A stretch of 64,000 bases of DNA from Myxococcota bacterium (GCA_040386535.1 JAZKFH010000047.1:64001-128000), one strand, 5' to 3'. Positions 22,747 through 32,669 are shown, numbered from the stretch's first letter. Notes: a model not told the origin generated them from the sequence alone. Program-made: numbers and translations.

Positions 22747-23358
22747 ATGCTCCCCCACATGCTGAAAAACGCGGCTCGCCGCTACCTTCTTGGTGCCGTC
22801 GCCCTGCCGCTCACGGTCGGGATCCTGGGGCTGGTGGCCGTGCTGGGCCCCTGGACCCCGTTGGCGCTCGATCGGGCCAACGCGCGCTACACCGCCGGGG
22901 ACGTGGCCGGCGCGGAAGAGGCGTATGCGGCGCTCGCCGAAGGGTGGACCACCCCCGCGACCCGGGCCGAGGCGGCCACGCGCGCGGGACTCCTGGCCCT
23001 GGCCCGGGGCGACGCGGGCGAGGCCGCGGAGCGGCTCCGGCGGGCGGTCGATCTGCACCCCGACGCCGATCGCCGCGCGGACGTGCGCATCCAGCTCGCG
23101 GGCGTGTACCGGGACCAGCTGTCCGATCCGGCCCGCGCCGCCGAGGAATACGAGCGCGCCGTGTTGGACGCCGACGCGGCCGCCACGCTCGTCGCCGCGG
23201 CGACCTGCTGGGAGCGGGCGGGCCAGATCGACCGCGCGGTCGACGCGTGGATGCGCGCCGTCAACGCGCCGGGGGACGACGCGGCGCGCGAGCAAGCCGA
23301 AGCGGGGCTGCTCCGGGCTGAACGCTCGATGGTCGCCGTGGTAGATGCGGAGCCATGA
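22747..23358 (+). CDS. Membrane-anchored TPR protein
   Basis: N-terminal TM helix followed by Ala-rich TPR-like helices; stop overlaps the next ATG. Confidence 0.65.
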   Translation: MLPHMLKNAARRYLLGAVALPLTVGILGLVAVLGPWTPLALDRANARYTAGDVAGAEEAYAALAEGWTTPATRAEAATRAGLLALARGDAGEAAERLRRAVDLHPDADRRADVRIQLAGVYRDQLSDPARAAEEYERAVLDADAAATLVAAATCWERAGQIDRAVDAWMRAVNAPGDDAAREQAEAGLLRAERSMVAVVDAEP

Positions 23359-23939
23359 TCCTCTGGTTGCTGGCCTGCGTCCCCCAAGCCACGAAAGAAG
23401 ACGACCCCGTCGACACCGATCCGGAGGAGGAGCCCGATCTCGACGCGGAGGCCCTCGCCGCGGATGACGCGCGGGTGCGCGCCCTGACCGACCTGCCCGA
23501 GGGCGACAACCCCTGCGCCGAGCCGCAGCTGGTGCGGATCCTCGAGACGGTCGACGGGGACACGTTCCACGCGCTCCCCGAGGGCGAGTCGCGCTACTTC
23601 TCCGTGCGGGTCATCGGCATCGACACCCCCGAGGTCGCGCACGACGATCCGGCGGAGTGCTACGGGAACGAGGCGTGGGAGTGGGCGGAGGCGCGCCTCG
23701 GCGGCAAGCTGGCGTGGCTCACGTTCGACGGCGAATGTCTGGACGCCTACGATCGCACGCTCGCCTACGTGATCCGCGGCAACGAGGAAGACGACTTCTT
23801 CAACCGTGCGATCGCCCGGAACGGCTATGGCACGCCGTTCCCGTTCGAGCTGACCGACACGTACGAGGACGAGATTGCCGCCGATGCCCGCGCGGCGCGA
23901 GACGAAGGAGCGGGCCTCTGGTCTGCCTGCGAACGTTGA
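23355..23939 (+). CDS. Thermonuclease (SNase) family lipoprotein
   Basis: Lipobox LLAC; VDGDT, RVIGIDTPE, DAYDRTLAYV, A...GLW motifs. Confidence 0.88.
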   Translation: MILWLLACVPQATKEDDPVDTDPEEEPDLDAEALAADDARVRALTDLPEGDNPCAEPQLVRILETVDGDTFHALPEGESRYFSVRVIGIDTPEVAHDDPAECYGNEAWEWAEARLGGKLAWLTFDGECLDAYDRTLAYVIRGNEEDDFFNRAIARNGYGTPFPFELTDTYEDEIAADARAARDEGAGLWSACER

Positions 23940-24051
23940 CGCGTCGATGCTCGTGCGTTAACGCTGCCGGCCCTCGGGGGGCTCCCCTTCGGGGACGCCT
24001 TTTCGAGTGTTCTTTCAGGGTTGTGCGCGGTTTCGCCAGGTGAGCGACCGG

Positions 24052-24285
24052 ATGACGGAAAACGGCGGTTGGAAGCGGGCGTGGAGAGCCACCGCCTACG
24101 TATCCGGCCTCCCGATCTCCACCATCGCGGGGGGCCTGCTCGGCGCGGCGCTCGACCACCTGCTCGGTGGTGGCTGGGTTCTGACGGCCATCTTCGGGCT
24201 CCTCGGCTTCGTCGCCGGGGTGTTCCAGCTCTTCCGAGGCCTACAGAAGCTTTCCGATGCTCCCCCCTTCGACCATCCTCCGTGA
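24052..24285 (+). CDS. atpZ: AtpZ/AtpI family (ATPase gene 1) protein
   Basis: Two TMs with the 'G..LG..LD..L....LG..AG' pattern; first gene of the F0 operon. Confidence 0.75.
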   Translation: MTENGGWKRAWRATAYVSGLPISTIAGGLLGAALDHLLGGGWVLTAIFGLLGFVAGVFQLFRGLQKLSDAPPFDHPP

Positions 24286-24628
24286 CGCCGCGATCGCCGG
24301 GCTCCTGTTGAGCCTGGGTAGCGTGTTCGTCGGAGTCGAGTTCGCGGGTGCGGTGGCGGCGGGGGCGCTCGGCAGCCTGATCAACCTCGGCCTGCTCATG
24401 CGGCTCGTCGGTGGGGTCTCGCCGGGTGCGGGCGCCCTGTTCGTCGCGCGCCTGTTCCTCAAGCACGTCGCGGGGGCGATCCTCCTGCTCGTGCTGGTCG
24501 CCAATCTCCCCGCGGCGCCCGTGTTCATCGGCTTCTGCTCGGTGATGCTCGCGCTCGCCGTGCGCGCCGCGCTGACCGTCGCGGGCCTCGCGTCCGCCCC
24601 CTCCCATTCGACCCCGGAGCCTGGATGA
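24257..24628 (+). CDS. atpI: ATP synthase protein I
   Basis: 4-TM protein located between atpZ and atpB. Confidence 0.7.
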   Translation: MLPPSTILRDAAIAGLLLSLGSVFVGVEFAGAVAAGALGSLINLGLLMRLVGGVSPGAGALFVARLFLKHVAGAILLLVLVANLPAAPVFIGFCSVMLALAVRAALTVAGLASAPSHSTPEPG

Positions 24629-25458
24629 TCTCCCTGCTCGGCCTGCTCCTCGCGAGCACCTCGGGTGCTCAGGCGTCGAGCTTCTCGTGGTACCAGCTCC
24701 TCCCCGGCTTCGGCGCCGAGGGAGAGGCCGGCCACGTGCTCGGCCTGCACGAGGCCCACGATGCCTTCCTCGTCCCCACGGCGTGGGGCGTCGTCGCCTT
24801 CCTCTTCTTCACCGCCTTCCTCGCACGGCTGGGGCTCCAGCGTGCCGTCGCGCAGGGCGGCATCGCGGCGTACGTGCCCGACTCCGGGCTCACGATCCGC
24901 AACGCCTACGAGATCGTGATCGAGTGGCTCTACGAGCTCGTGGCCGGCATGACGGGCAAGGCCGAGGCCAAGGCCTTCTTCCCGCTCGTCGCCACCCTGT
25001 TCCTGTACGTGCTCATCTCGAACGTGTCCGGGTTCGTGCCGGGCATCCTGCCGGCCACCGAGAACTTCTCGCACAACCTCGCGCTCGCGCTGTGCGTCTT
25101 CGTGGTGTTCAACTACGCGGGCCTCTCGCGCCAGGGCTTCGGGTATATCAAGCACCTCGCGGGTCCGATCGCGGTGCTCGCGCCGGTGTTCCTGGTGCTC
25201 GAGACCATCTCGTTGTTGATCCGGCCGGTCTCGCTGACCGTTCGGCTCTCGGTCAACATCTTCGTCGACCACCTCCTGCAGACCATCTCGCGCGGTCTCG
25301 GCGACAGCTTCCTGGGCTTCGTCGGCGCCGCGGTGCTCCCGGTCCCGATCTACTTCCTCGGTCTGCTCGTGTGCGTCGTGCAGGCCTTCGTCTTCGCGCT
25401 GCTCACCACCATCTACATCAGCCTGTCCGTGGCGCACACGGACGAGCATCACCACTAG
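24625..25458 (+). CDS. atpB: ATP synthase F0 subunit a
   Basis: [12 protein letters not shown] (essential Arg), [13 protein letters not shown]. Confidence 0.95.
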   Translation: MISLLGLLLASTSGAQASSFSWYQLLPGFGAEGEAGHVLGLHEAHDAFLVPTAWGVVAFLFFTAFLARLGLQRAVAQGGIAAYVPDSGLTIRNAYEIVIEWLYELVAGMTGKAEAKAFFPLVATLFLYVLISNVSGFVPGILPATENFSHNLALALCVFVVFNYAGLSRQGFGYIKHLAGPIAVLAPVFLVLETISLLIRPVSLTVRLSVNIFVDHLLQTISRGLGDSFLGFVGAAVLPVPIYFLGLLVCVVQAFVFALLTTIYISLSVAHTDEHHH

Positions 25459-25477
25459 CAATTCCACCGGAGGAACC

Positions 25478-25798
25478 ATGAATTCCAAGCTTCGCACCGC
25501 TGCCCGCGTGGCGGTCCTCTTCGCCGCCTCGACCGGCATGGCCTTCGCCGCCAGCGACGTGATCAAGGACTCCACCAGCTGGGGCGCCGGTCTCGGCGCC
25601 GGCCTCGCCATCGGCCTCGCCGCCCTCGGCGGTGGTCTCGGCCAGGGGCGCACCGCCACGGCGGCCCTCGAAGGCATGGCCCGCAACCCCCAGGCGGCTG
25701 GCCAGCTCCAGACCCCCATGCTCATCGCGCTGGTCTTCACCGAGACCCTCACGCTCTTCAGCATCGTCATCGCCGGCAAGCTCTCGGGCCTGTTCTAG
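25478..25798 (+). CDS. atpE: ATP synthase F0 subunit c
   Basis: GxGxG motif, ARNP loop, carboxylate in FTETL; N-terminal leader extension. Confidence 0.95.
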   Translation: MNSKLRTAARVAVLFAASTGMAFAASDVIKDSTSWGAGLGAGLAIGLAALGGGLGQGRTATAALEGMARNPQAAGQLQTPMLIALVFTETLTLFSIVIAGKLSGLF

Positions 25799-25824
25799 TA
25801 CCAGGCGCGGCACCTGCCGTACGC

Positions 25825-25867
25825 GACGCCCGTGTCCCTCCCCTGGGGCGCGGGCGTCTGCCGTTTT
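25825..25867 (+). terminator. Terminator after atpE
   Basis: Stem gacgcccgtgtccc / ggggcgcgggcgtc followed by tgccgtttt. Confidence 0.6.
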
Positions 25868-25958
25868 GGGGGTCGCGGGCCCGATCGGCACCCGCTCGGG
25901 AATCCCGAACGCCGCTGACGGTTACACTCGGGGGTCTGCGCCCCTAGCCGGAGGTCGA

Positions 25959-26780
25959 ATGCTCTCGTTGTTGCTCGCCGTGTCCCTCGCCGACGCCAAG
26001 CCGAAGAAGAACAAGGCGCCGCCGCCGCCCCCGGTGGGCTGGCACCGTGAAGACGGCTGGGCGGGCGACTGCTACTACCCGGTCGACTACACGGCGCTCG
26101 GCGAGGGCGAGAAGAAGATGGCCCGCCAGGTCGCGCTCGAAGAGATGAAGAAGCAGTGGGAGGGCCTGCGCGAGGACGGCGTGAAGTTCGACGCGAACCT
26201 CATCGAGGAGGTCGACATCACCCTGCTCGGCCGCCCCACGAACATCGAGGCGATCAGCCGCGGCAACCTGGAGCAGTGCCAGAAGGTGCGCAAGGGTGGC
26301 GACGTCGGCGCCTGGCAGTCCTACCTCTCCGCGCTCCCCGCGAAGCTCACGGCCGGCGAGTGCATCCAGCCGCTCACCTACACGTTGTTCGACTACCTCG
26401 ACATCGGCCGCACGTGGCAGCGCGAGGTGGGCCTGTGCAAGGGGGACAAGGCCCACGTCGTCGCCAGCGCGAAGGACCGCTACCGCATCAGCGACACGGG
26501 CGCGTGGATGACGGTCGAGGGTGACCCGTCGCAGAAGGCCGTCGCGGCCGAGTACCCCTGCAACATCGAGGGCTGCTTCGTCGGCATGCTGGTCGGCAAG
26601 TTCGTGACCGACTCCGGCGTGGAGACCGTCTTCCCCATCGGCGCCGAGACCACGTTCATCGCCCCCGAGCACGGCATCATCAGCTTCTCGATCAACGACA
26701 CCGTCTGGTACGACAACAAGTGGTTCAAGTCGTCCACGATCGAGGACCGCACGTCGCTGACCATCGAGCCCGGCCAGTAG
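25959..26780 (+). CDS. Secreted Cys-rich protein with C-terminal PA-IL/LecA-like domain
   Basis: GGAGG SD and signal peptide; C-terminal GMLVGK...FPIG...APEHG...FSIND...YDN pattern. Confidence 0.6.
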   Translation: MLSLLLAVSLADAKPKKNKAPPPPPVGWHREDGWAGDCYYPVDYTALGEGEKKMARQVALEEMKKQWEGLREDGVKFDANLIEEVDITLLGRPTNIEAISRGNLEQCQKVRKGGDVGAWQSYLSALPAKLTAGECIQPLTYTLFDYLDIGRTWQREVGLCKGDKAHVVASAKDRYRISDTGAWMTVEGDPSQKAVAAEYPCNIEGCFVGMLVGKFVTDSGVETVFPIGAETTFIAPEHGIISFSINDTVWYDNKWFKSSTIEDRTSLTIEPGQ

Positions 26781-26783
26781 CGG

Positions 26784-27761
26784 GTGCGCCGGAAGCCGCA
26801 GCGCTGGTTCTTCGCCCTGCTCCCCCTCGTCGTCCTCCTGGGCGGCGGGGAAGCCGCGCTGCGTGCCGCCGGGTGGCCCACGAAGGACCCGACGCGGGCG
26901 TTCACCCATGGGGACGTGTACTGGGTCGAGAAGGGGTCGCTCCACCTCGAGCCCTTTCCCCACAAGGAGACCGGCGGCACCTTCCGCGTGAGCACCGACG
27001 CCAACGGCCTCCGCGCGCCGCTGCACGCGGAGAAGAAGCCTGACGGCGTGTTCCGCGTCATGACGCTGGGCTGCAGCACGACGTTCGGCTGGGGCGTGGA
27101 TGACGACCAGTCGTACCCCGCGCGCCTCGAGGCGGTCCTCGGCGAGGCGGGCCACCCGGTCGAGGTCATCAACGGTGGCCAGCCGGGCCACAGCAGCTTT
27201 CAGGGCTTGTGGTTGTGGGAGCGCACGCTCGCGCGCTACCAGCCCGACCTGGTGATCTTCGGGTACATCGTGCAGGACGCGCGGATGGTGGCCTACAGCG
27301 ATCGGTCGCAGGCGTTGCTCCAGCAGAACGGGGACTTCCTCAAGCAGAACCTGCTGCATCGGTCGCGGCTCTACACGGGGCTGCTCCAGACCTGGAACGG
27401 GCTGCGCATCCAGCAGAAGGACCAGTCGGCGGACGGCAACGTGAACCGCGTCCCGACGGACGAGTACGTCGAGAACATCCGCGCCCTCAAAGCGCGCACC
27501 GAGGCCGTGGGCGGCACGTTCGCGCTGTTCGGCTTTCCGCTCGAGCGCGAGGGCTACACCGCGTCCCACCGCGCCTTGTTGAAGACCGCGGCCGAGATCC
27601 TGCCGGCGCCCTACTACGATCCGCAGGCCGACTTCGAGCAATGGTCCGCCGCGGAGACCTTGTTCTTCCCGCAGGACCGCGGCCACGCCAACGCGGCCGG
27701 CCTGGACAAGGTCGCGCGTGGCATGGCGCAGTTCCTCATCGCCGAGCGGTTGATCCCGTAG
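26784..27761 (+). CDS. SGNH/GDSL hydrolase family, membrane anchored
   Basis: LGCSTTFG (GxS block), INGGQPG, QPDLVI, DRGH (DxxH). Confidence 0.82.
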   Translation: MRRKPQRWFFALLPLVVLLGGGEAALRAAGWPTKDPTRAFTHGDVYWVEKGSLHLEPFPHKETGGTFRVSTDANGLRAPLHAEKKPDGVFRVMTLGCSTTFGWGVDDDQSYPARLEAVLGEAGHPVEVINGGQPGHSSFQGLWLWERTLARYQPDLVIFGYIVQDARMVAYSDRSQALLQQNGDFLKQNLLHRSRLYTGLLQTWNGLRIQQKDQSADGNVNRVPTDEYVENIRALKARTEAVGGTFALFGFPLEREGYTASHRALLKTAAEILPAPYYDPQADFEQWSAAETLFFPQDRGHANAAGLDKVARGMAQFLIAERLIP

Positions 27762-27782
27762 GGGTCTGCTACCATCGCCGCC

Positions 27783-28484
27783 ATGCGGAACAGCGCCCTC
27801 GTCCTGCTCACCCTCAACGAAATCGAAGGCCTCGAGGCCCTCTGGTCGCGCCTGCCGATCGCGGAGTTCGCCGAGGTGTTCGCGGTCGACGGGGGCAGCA
27901 CCGACGGCACCCTGGCGTTCTTCGCGGCCCGGGGCATTCCGGTCGTGACCCAGCCGATTCGGGGCCGCGGCGTGGCCTTTCGTGTGGCGGCCGAGGCGAG
28001 CGCCGCCGAGCGGCTCGTGTTCTTCAGCCCGGACGGCAACGAGGACCCCGCGGACATCGTGCGCCTGGACGATCTGCTCATCGGCGGGGCCGACCTCGCC
28101 ATCGCGCGCCGCTTCGGGCCGGGCGCGGTGAACGAGGAGGACGGCGAGGTGCTGCGGCTGCGCGCGCGCGTGAACGACACGCTCTCGCGCATCGCCAACG
28201 GCCTGTTCGGCAGCGGCGGGCCGCGCGTGCACGACACCATCAACGGCTTTCGGGCGTTGCGGCGCAAGGCGCTGCTCGAGCTCGCCACCACGGTGAAGCG
28301 GTTCCCCATCGAGTACCAGATCACCATCCGCGCGCTGCAGCGCGGCTGGACGATCGCGGAGGTGCCGACCAAGGAGGGCGCGCGGATCGGCGGCGAACGC
28401 AAGGCCGCGAGCTGGCCGGTGGGGATGGACCACCTCAAGGTGCTTGCCACCGAGCTAGCGAACGCCCGGCTGCTCGCCCGATGA
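27783..28484 (+). CDS. Glycosyltransferase family 2 (DPM1-like)
   Basis: TLNE, VDGGSTDGT, DGNEDP, DTINGFRA. Confidence 0.88.
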   Translation: MRNSALVLLTLNEIEGLEALWSRLPIAEFAEVFAVDGGSTDGTLAFFAARGIPVVTQPIRGRGVAFRVAAEASAAERLVFFSPDGNEDPADIVRLDDLLIGGADLAIARRFGPGAVNEEDGEVLRLRARVNDTLSRIANGLFGSGGPRVHDTINGFRALRRKALLELATTVKRFPIEYQITIRALQRGWTIAEVPTKEGARIGGERKAASWPVGMDHLKVLATELANARLLAR

Positions 28485-29728
28485 GCCCGATGAGCCCGAG
28501 CGGCACGAGCCTGGAGCGGCGCGCGGCCCTCGCGGCGCTCGTGCACGCGGAGATGGCGGGCCTGCCGGTCCAGCATCACGACGCCGCGACCGGGCATCCG
28601 TTGTGTGTCGTCGGCTTCGGCCCGGAGGAGGTCGTCGCGGCCACCGAGGTGATGCTGACGACCGAGGTCACCATGGGCGCGCGCGTGCGCGCGTTCGAGG
28701 CCGTGTGGGCCGCGCGGTGCGGAAAGCGGCACGGCGTCATGGTCAACAGCGGCTCGTCCGCCAACCTGCTGCTCCTGGCCGCGCTCGTGGAGGCCGGCCA
28801 CCTCGCGCCCGGCGACGAGGTGCTCGTGCCCGCGGTCGGGTGGTCGACCACGCTCTTCCCCGTCGCGCAGGTGGGCCTGGTCCCCGTGCTCGTCGACGTC
28901 GACCCCGCCACGTTGTGCCTGGACCCCGCGAGCGCCGCCGCCGCCCGCACGCCCCGCACGCGCGCCGTGTTCGCGGTGCACCTGCTCGGCCAGGCCGCGG
29001 CGATGGCGCCGTACGACGATCTGCTCGTCCTGGAGGACGCCTGCGGCGCCCACGGCGCGACGATCGGCGGCCGCCCGGTCGGCGGGATCGGGCTCGGCGC
29101 CACGTTCAGCTTCTTCTTCTCGCACCACATCACGACGATGGAGGGCGGCATCGTCGTCACCGACGATGACGTGCTCGCCGACACGATGCGCTCCCTGCGC
29201 GCCCACGGCTGGGTGCGCGAGCGGTCCGACCGCGCGGCGCTCGAGGCCGCGTCGCCCGAGATCGATCCCCGCTTCCTGTTCGTCTCGTCCGGCTACAACC
29301 TGCGCCCCACCGAGGTCGCCGCGGCGTTCGGGCTCGTGCAGGAGCGCCGGCTCGACGCCTGGGTCGCGCAACGCCGCGCCAACCACGTGGACTGGTGCGC
29401 GCGCGTGGGCGTCATCCCCGGGGTCACGGTGTTCCCCGAGGCGCCGGGCACGACCCACGCCGGCTTCGCCTTCCCCATGCTCGTCGCGGGCGATCGTGCC
29501 GGCTGCATGGCCGCCCTGGAGGCGCGCGGCATCGCCACGCGGCCGGTGTCCGGCTCGAACCTCGCCCGGCAGCCTGCGTTCGCGCGCGTCGCCGCCCGCA
29601 CCCCCGTCCCGCTCCCCGTGTCCGACGCCGTCCACACCCGCGGCTTCTTCGTCGGCAACTCCCACGCGTTCGGCCCCGATCACGGCGCGCGCCTCGCCGC
29701 GGCCCTCACCTCCTGGAGCTCCTCGTGA
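28481..29728 (+). CDS. colD: DegT/DnrJ family PLP enzyme, ColD-type GDP-4-keto-6-deoxymannose 3-dehydratase
   Basis: ATG overlaps the GT2 stop; VNSGSSANLL, VHLLG, EDAC; FFSHHITTMEGG with His at the usual PLP-Lys position; GYNLRP. Confidence 0.75.
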   Translation: MSPMSPSGTSLERRAALAALVHAEMAGLPVQHHDAATGHPLCVVGFGPEEVVAATEVMLTTEVTMGARVRAFEAVWAARCGKRHGVMVNSGSSANLLLLAALVEAGHLAPGDEVLVPAVGWSTTLFPVAQVGLVPVLVDVDPATLCLDPASAAAARTPRTRAVFAVHLLGQAAAMAPYDDLLVLEDACGAHGATIGGRPVGGIGLGATFSFFFSHHITTMEGGIVVTDDDVLADTMRSLRAHGWVRERSDRAALEAASPEIDPRFLFVSSGYNLRPTEVAAAFGLVQERRLDAWVAQRRANHVDWCARVGVIPGVTVFPEAPGTTHAGFAFPMLVAGDRAGCMAALEARGIATRPVSGSNLARQPAFARVAARTPVPLPVSDAVHTRGFFVGNSHAFGPDHGARLAAALTSWSSS

Positions 29729-30657
29729 GCGAGCGCATCGTCGTCACCGGAGGCGCCGGGTTCGTCGGCTCCGTGCTGGTCCCCCACCTGCTCTCCGAGG
29801 GCTACCGCGTGCACGTGGTGGACGCGTTGCGCTTCGGCGGCGAGGGCCTCCTCCCCAACTTCATCCACCCGAACTTCTCGTTCGCCGAGGCGGACGTGCT
29901 CGACGCGCCGCGCATGCGCAAGGAGCTCGCGGGGGCCCACGCCGTGGTGCACCTCGCCGCGCTCGTCGGGTACCCGATCTGCAAGAAGCTCCCGGAGGAG
30001 GCCCGCCGCACCAACGTCGGCGGCGCCGAGGTCGTGCTCGGCGAGATGCCGGCGGACGCCCGCCTCATCTACTTCTCCACCGGATCGAACTACGGCGAGG
30101 TCGTCGGGGTGTGTGACGAGGACACGCCGCTCAACCCGCTCTCGCTCTACGGCGAGACGAAGACCAAGGCCGAGATGATGGCGATGGAGCGGCCGAACTC
30201 GGTCGCCCTCCGCTTCGCCACCGCGTTCGGGCTCTCGCCGCGCATGCGTCTGGACCTGATGATCAACGACTTCACCTACCAGGCGTTGGTCAACCGCTAC
30301 TTGCTCGTCTACGAGCGCCACTTCCGCCGCACGTTCATCCACGTGCGCGACATGGCGCGCGTCGTGCCGCACCTGCTGCGGAACTGGGACCGCGCGCGGG
30401 ACAACCGGCTCAACGTCGGCCACGAGACGATGAACTTCACCAAGGAGGACATCGCCCAGGCGCTCCAGAAGAAGCTGGACTTCCACCTCTACTTCGCCGA
30501 CGTCGGCACCGACGAGGACAAGCGCGACTACGAGGTCAGCTACGCGCGGATCCGCGCGCTCGGCTTCTCCCTCGACGTCGACATCCACCGCGGCCTGGGC
30601 GAGCTGCTCGGGGGCTTGCGGATGATCCGCATCCGGCACCCGTACTCGAATGTCTGA
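29725..30657 (+). CDS. NAD-dependent epimerase/dehydratase (extended SDR)
   Basis: GTG overlapping the upstream stop; TGGAGFVG, HLAALVG, YGETK, RLDLMIN. Confidence 0.88.
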   Translation: MSERIVVTGGAGFVGSVLVPHLLSEGYRVHVVDALRFGGEGLLPNFIHPNFSFAEADVLDAPRMRKELAGAHAVVHLAALVGYPICKKLPEEARRTNVGGAEVVLGEMPADARLIYFSTGSNYGEVVGVCDEDTPLNPLSLYGETKTKAEMMAMERPNSVALRFATAFGLSPRMRLDLMINDFTYQALVNRYLLVYERHFRRTFIHVRDMARVVPHLLRNWDRARDNRLNVGHETMNFTKEDIAQALQKKLDFHLYFADVGTDEDKRDYEVSYARIRALGFSLDVDIHRGLGELLGGLRMIRIRHPYSNV

Positions 30658-31624
30658 AGCAGAGGGCCCGCCCGTGCTGGAGGGCACGCGGGTGCTCGTC
30701 ACCGGCGGGCACGGGTTCCTCGGGCGGCACGTGTGCGCCGCGCTCGAGGCGGCGGGCGGCACGCCGCTGCCGATCGGGCGGGTTGAGGTCGATCTGCGCG
30801 ATAGCGCCGCCGTCCGCGCCCTGTTCGACCGCCACGCGCCCGATCTCGTGGTGCACGCCGCGGTCACCGGCGGCGGCATCGGCTGGATGCGCGCCCACCC
30901 GGCGGAGGCCTTCGTGGACAACGTGCGCATGACCACCGAGGTCATGGAGGCCGCCCAGCGAGCCCACGTGCGCCGCTTCGTGGGCGTGTCCTCCGCGTGC
31001 GCCTACGCGGTCGACGCCGCGCAGCCCATGCGCGAGGAGGCCCTGTTCGCGGGCGATCCCGAGCCCACCAACGGCCCCTACGGGCACGCCAAGCGCGCCA
31101 TGATGGTCCAGGGCGCGGCGTACGCGGCGCAGTACGGGTTCGACGCCGTGTTCGTCGTCCCCACCAACCTCTACGGGCCGGGCGAGTCGGTCGATCCCGC
31201 CCGGGCCCACGTCGTCGGCGCGCTCGTGCGCCGCTTCGAGGAGGCGCGGCGCGCCGGTCTGGACGAGGTGACCTGCTGGGGCTCGGGCCGCGCCACACGG
31301 GATCTCTTGTTCGTGCGCGACGCCGCCGCCGCCATCCTCCTGGCGCTGACGCAGCCGGTCGGCCCCGCGCCGGTGAATCTCGGCAGCGGAGAGGAGCGCA
31401 CCATCGCGGCGATCGCGACCGCGGTGGCCGACGCGGTCGGTTTCCGCGGTACCATCCGGTGGGACGCGGCGCTGCCGGACGGCATGCCGCGCAAGGTGTT
31501 GGACATCACGCGGGCGCGCTCCCTCCTCGGGTGGTCGCCCCAAACCCCCCTCGCCGAGGGGCTCGCGGAGATGGTCGCGTGGTTTCGTGGATCCTCCTCG
31601 CCGTTGGCTGCCTCGAACGGGTGA
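30650..31624 (+). CDS. fcl: GDP-L-fucose synthase / ColC-like epimerase-reductase
   Basis: TGGHGFLG, GGI, SSACAY, YGHAK, PTNLYGP, WGSG..TRD, PDGMPRK. Confidence 0.85.
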   Translation: MSEAEGPPVLEGTRVLVTGGHGFLGRHVCAALEAAGGTPLPIGRVEVDLRDSAAVRALFDRHAPDLVVHAAVTGGGIGWMRAHPAEAFVDNVRMTTEVMEAAQRAHVRRFVGVSSACAYAVDAAQPMREEALFAGDPEPTNGPYGHAKRAMMVQGAAYAAQYGFDAVFVVPTNLYGPGESVDPARAHVVGALVRRFEEARRAGLDEVTCWGSGRATRDLLFVRDAAAAILLALTQPVGPAPVNLGSGEERTIAAIATAVADAVGFRGTIRWDAALPDGMPRKVLDITRARSLLGWSPQTPLAEGLAEMVAWFRGSSSPLAASNG

Positions 31625-32496
31625 CCGGAGAGGACGTGCCGCTCGATCCGCGCTTCTACGCGGGGCGGGACGACAACGCCGGGCAGGCCGCGGCCGGCGG
31701 CGGAGACCCCAACGGCGGCGGGAGCGCCGCGGGCGGCGGCGAGGGCCCCTACGCCGGGTACGACGGCGAGACGTGGCTGCTGAAGGGCGAAGTGCGCGGG
31801 GAGGAGCCCATCCCCGTGCAGATCGACGTGAACGAGCCCGATGACGCCGCTCCGGGCGGGGTCCGGCGCGCGGGCGCCATCCGCCTGGACGCGCCGGGGC
31901 CGTTCGAGGTCAACGTGCCGAAGACCGTCACGGTCATCCGGTTCCAGGCCTTCCAGGACCCCACCGCGGACGGCCCCGACGAGACCGATCCGTTCGCCGA
32001 GGCCTCGGTCACGCTGGGAGACCAGGCGCCCGCCGCGCTCGTGCTCGAGCTGGTGAAGGGCGCGCGGGGCACGGCCTCCGGGGGCGGCGGCGCGCCGGGG
32101 TCGCCGGGAGGGGCACCCAACGGGGGCCCAGGAGAACCGGGGGCGCCCGGGGGCTCGGCGGCGCCGCAGCCGCCCCCCAACGGCCTCTCGTTCCCGGCGG
32201 GGCCGACGGTCACGCTCACCGGCTTGGTGGTGGCGGCGCGGGATCTGCCCGTCGTGCTCGACTTCTTCCTCGCGGACGGCGCGGGCGCGGGCGGCCGCAG
32301 CTACCTCGGCAAGCGGGTGGTGGAGGCCGGCACGTGGACCCAGGCGTTCCCCGAGGGCTTCGGCGCCGTCGAGGTCGAGGCCTACCAGGACCTGACGGGC
32401 GATTCCCGCACCGGCGACGATCCCGCGGCCCGCATGGAGCGCGCCGTTCAGATCGCCGAGGCGGACGCCGACGCCGGCACGCTGACCATCCCGTAG
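31579..32496 (+). CDS. Lipoprotein with two repeated beta-domains and Gly/Pro linkers
   Basis: GTG 31579, VSWILLAVGC lipobox; duplicated 'AFQD..ADG/AYQD..GD' segments. Confidence 0.65.
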   Translation: MVSWILLAVGCLERVTGEDVPLDPRFYAGRDDNAGQAAAGGGDPNGGGSAAGGGEGPYAGYDGETWLLKGEVRGEEPIPVQIDVNEPDDAAPGGVRRAGAIRLDAPGPFEVNVPKTVTVIRFQAFQDPTADGPDETDPFAEASVTLGDQAPAALVLELVKGARGTASGGGGAPGSPGGAPNGGPGEPGAPGGSAAPQPPPNGLSFPAGPTVTLTGLVVAARDLPVVLDFFLADGAGAGGRSYLGKRVVEAGTWTQAFPEGFGAVEVEAYQDLTGDSRTGDDPAARMERAVQIAEADADAGTLTIP

Positions 32497-32611
32497 CGGC
32501 CGCCGATCGTTGCGCCTTGCGCGCGGATCTTGTCAAGAATCGACGGAGCGGCGTACGGCCGCCGGGAGCGCCCTGGGCGTTCATCCGGCCGGAACGCCGT
32601 CGGCGGCCCCG

Positions 32612-32640
32612 TTGAGTCGGGGGGACGCATCGTGTATACC
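32612..32640 (+). promoter_or_regulatory. Candidate sigma70 promoter for the adhesin/OmpA operon
   Basis: TTGAGT-N17-TATACC, about 30 nt before the ATG, which has a GGAGG SD. Confidence 0.4.
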
Positions 32641-32669
32641 GAGCGGCACGCTTTCCGGGAGGAAGCCCA

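Noticed and set aside
23355..23939. Nuclease toxin with TPR immunity partner
   Set aside because: An ordinary lipoprotein thermonuclease in a housekeeping context; nothing supports a toxin-immunity pair
25478..25798. Na+-translocating c-ring
   Set aside because: Has Q and E-T but lacks the following Thr and Tyr of the full Na+ signature (ETLTLF)
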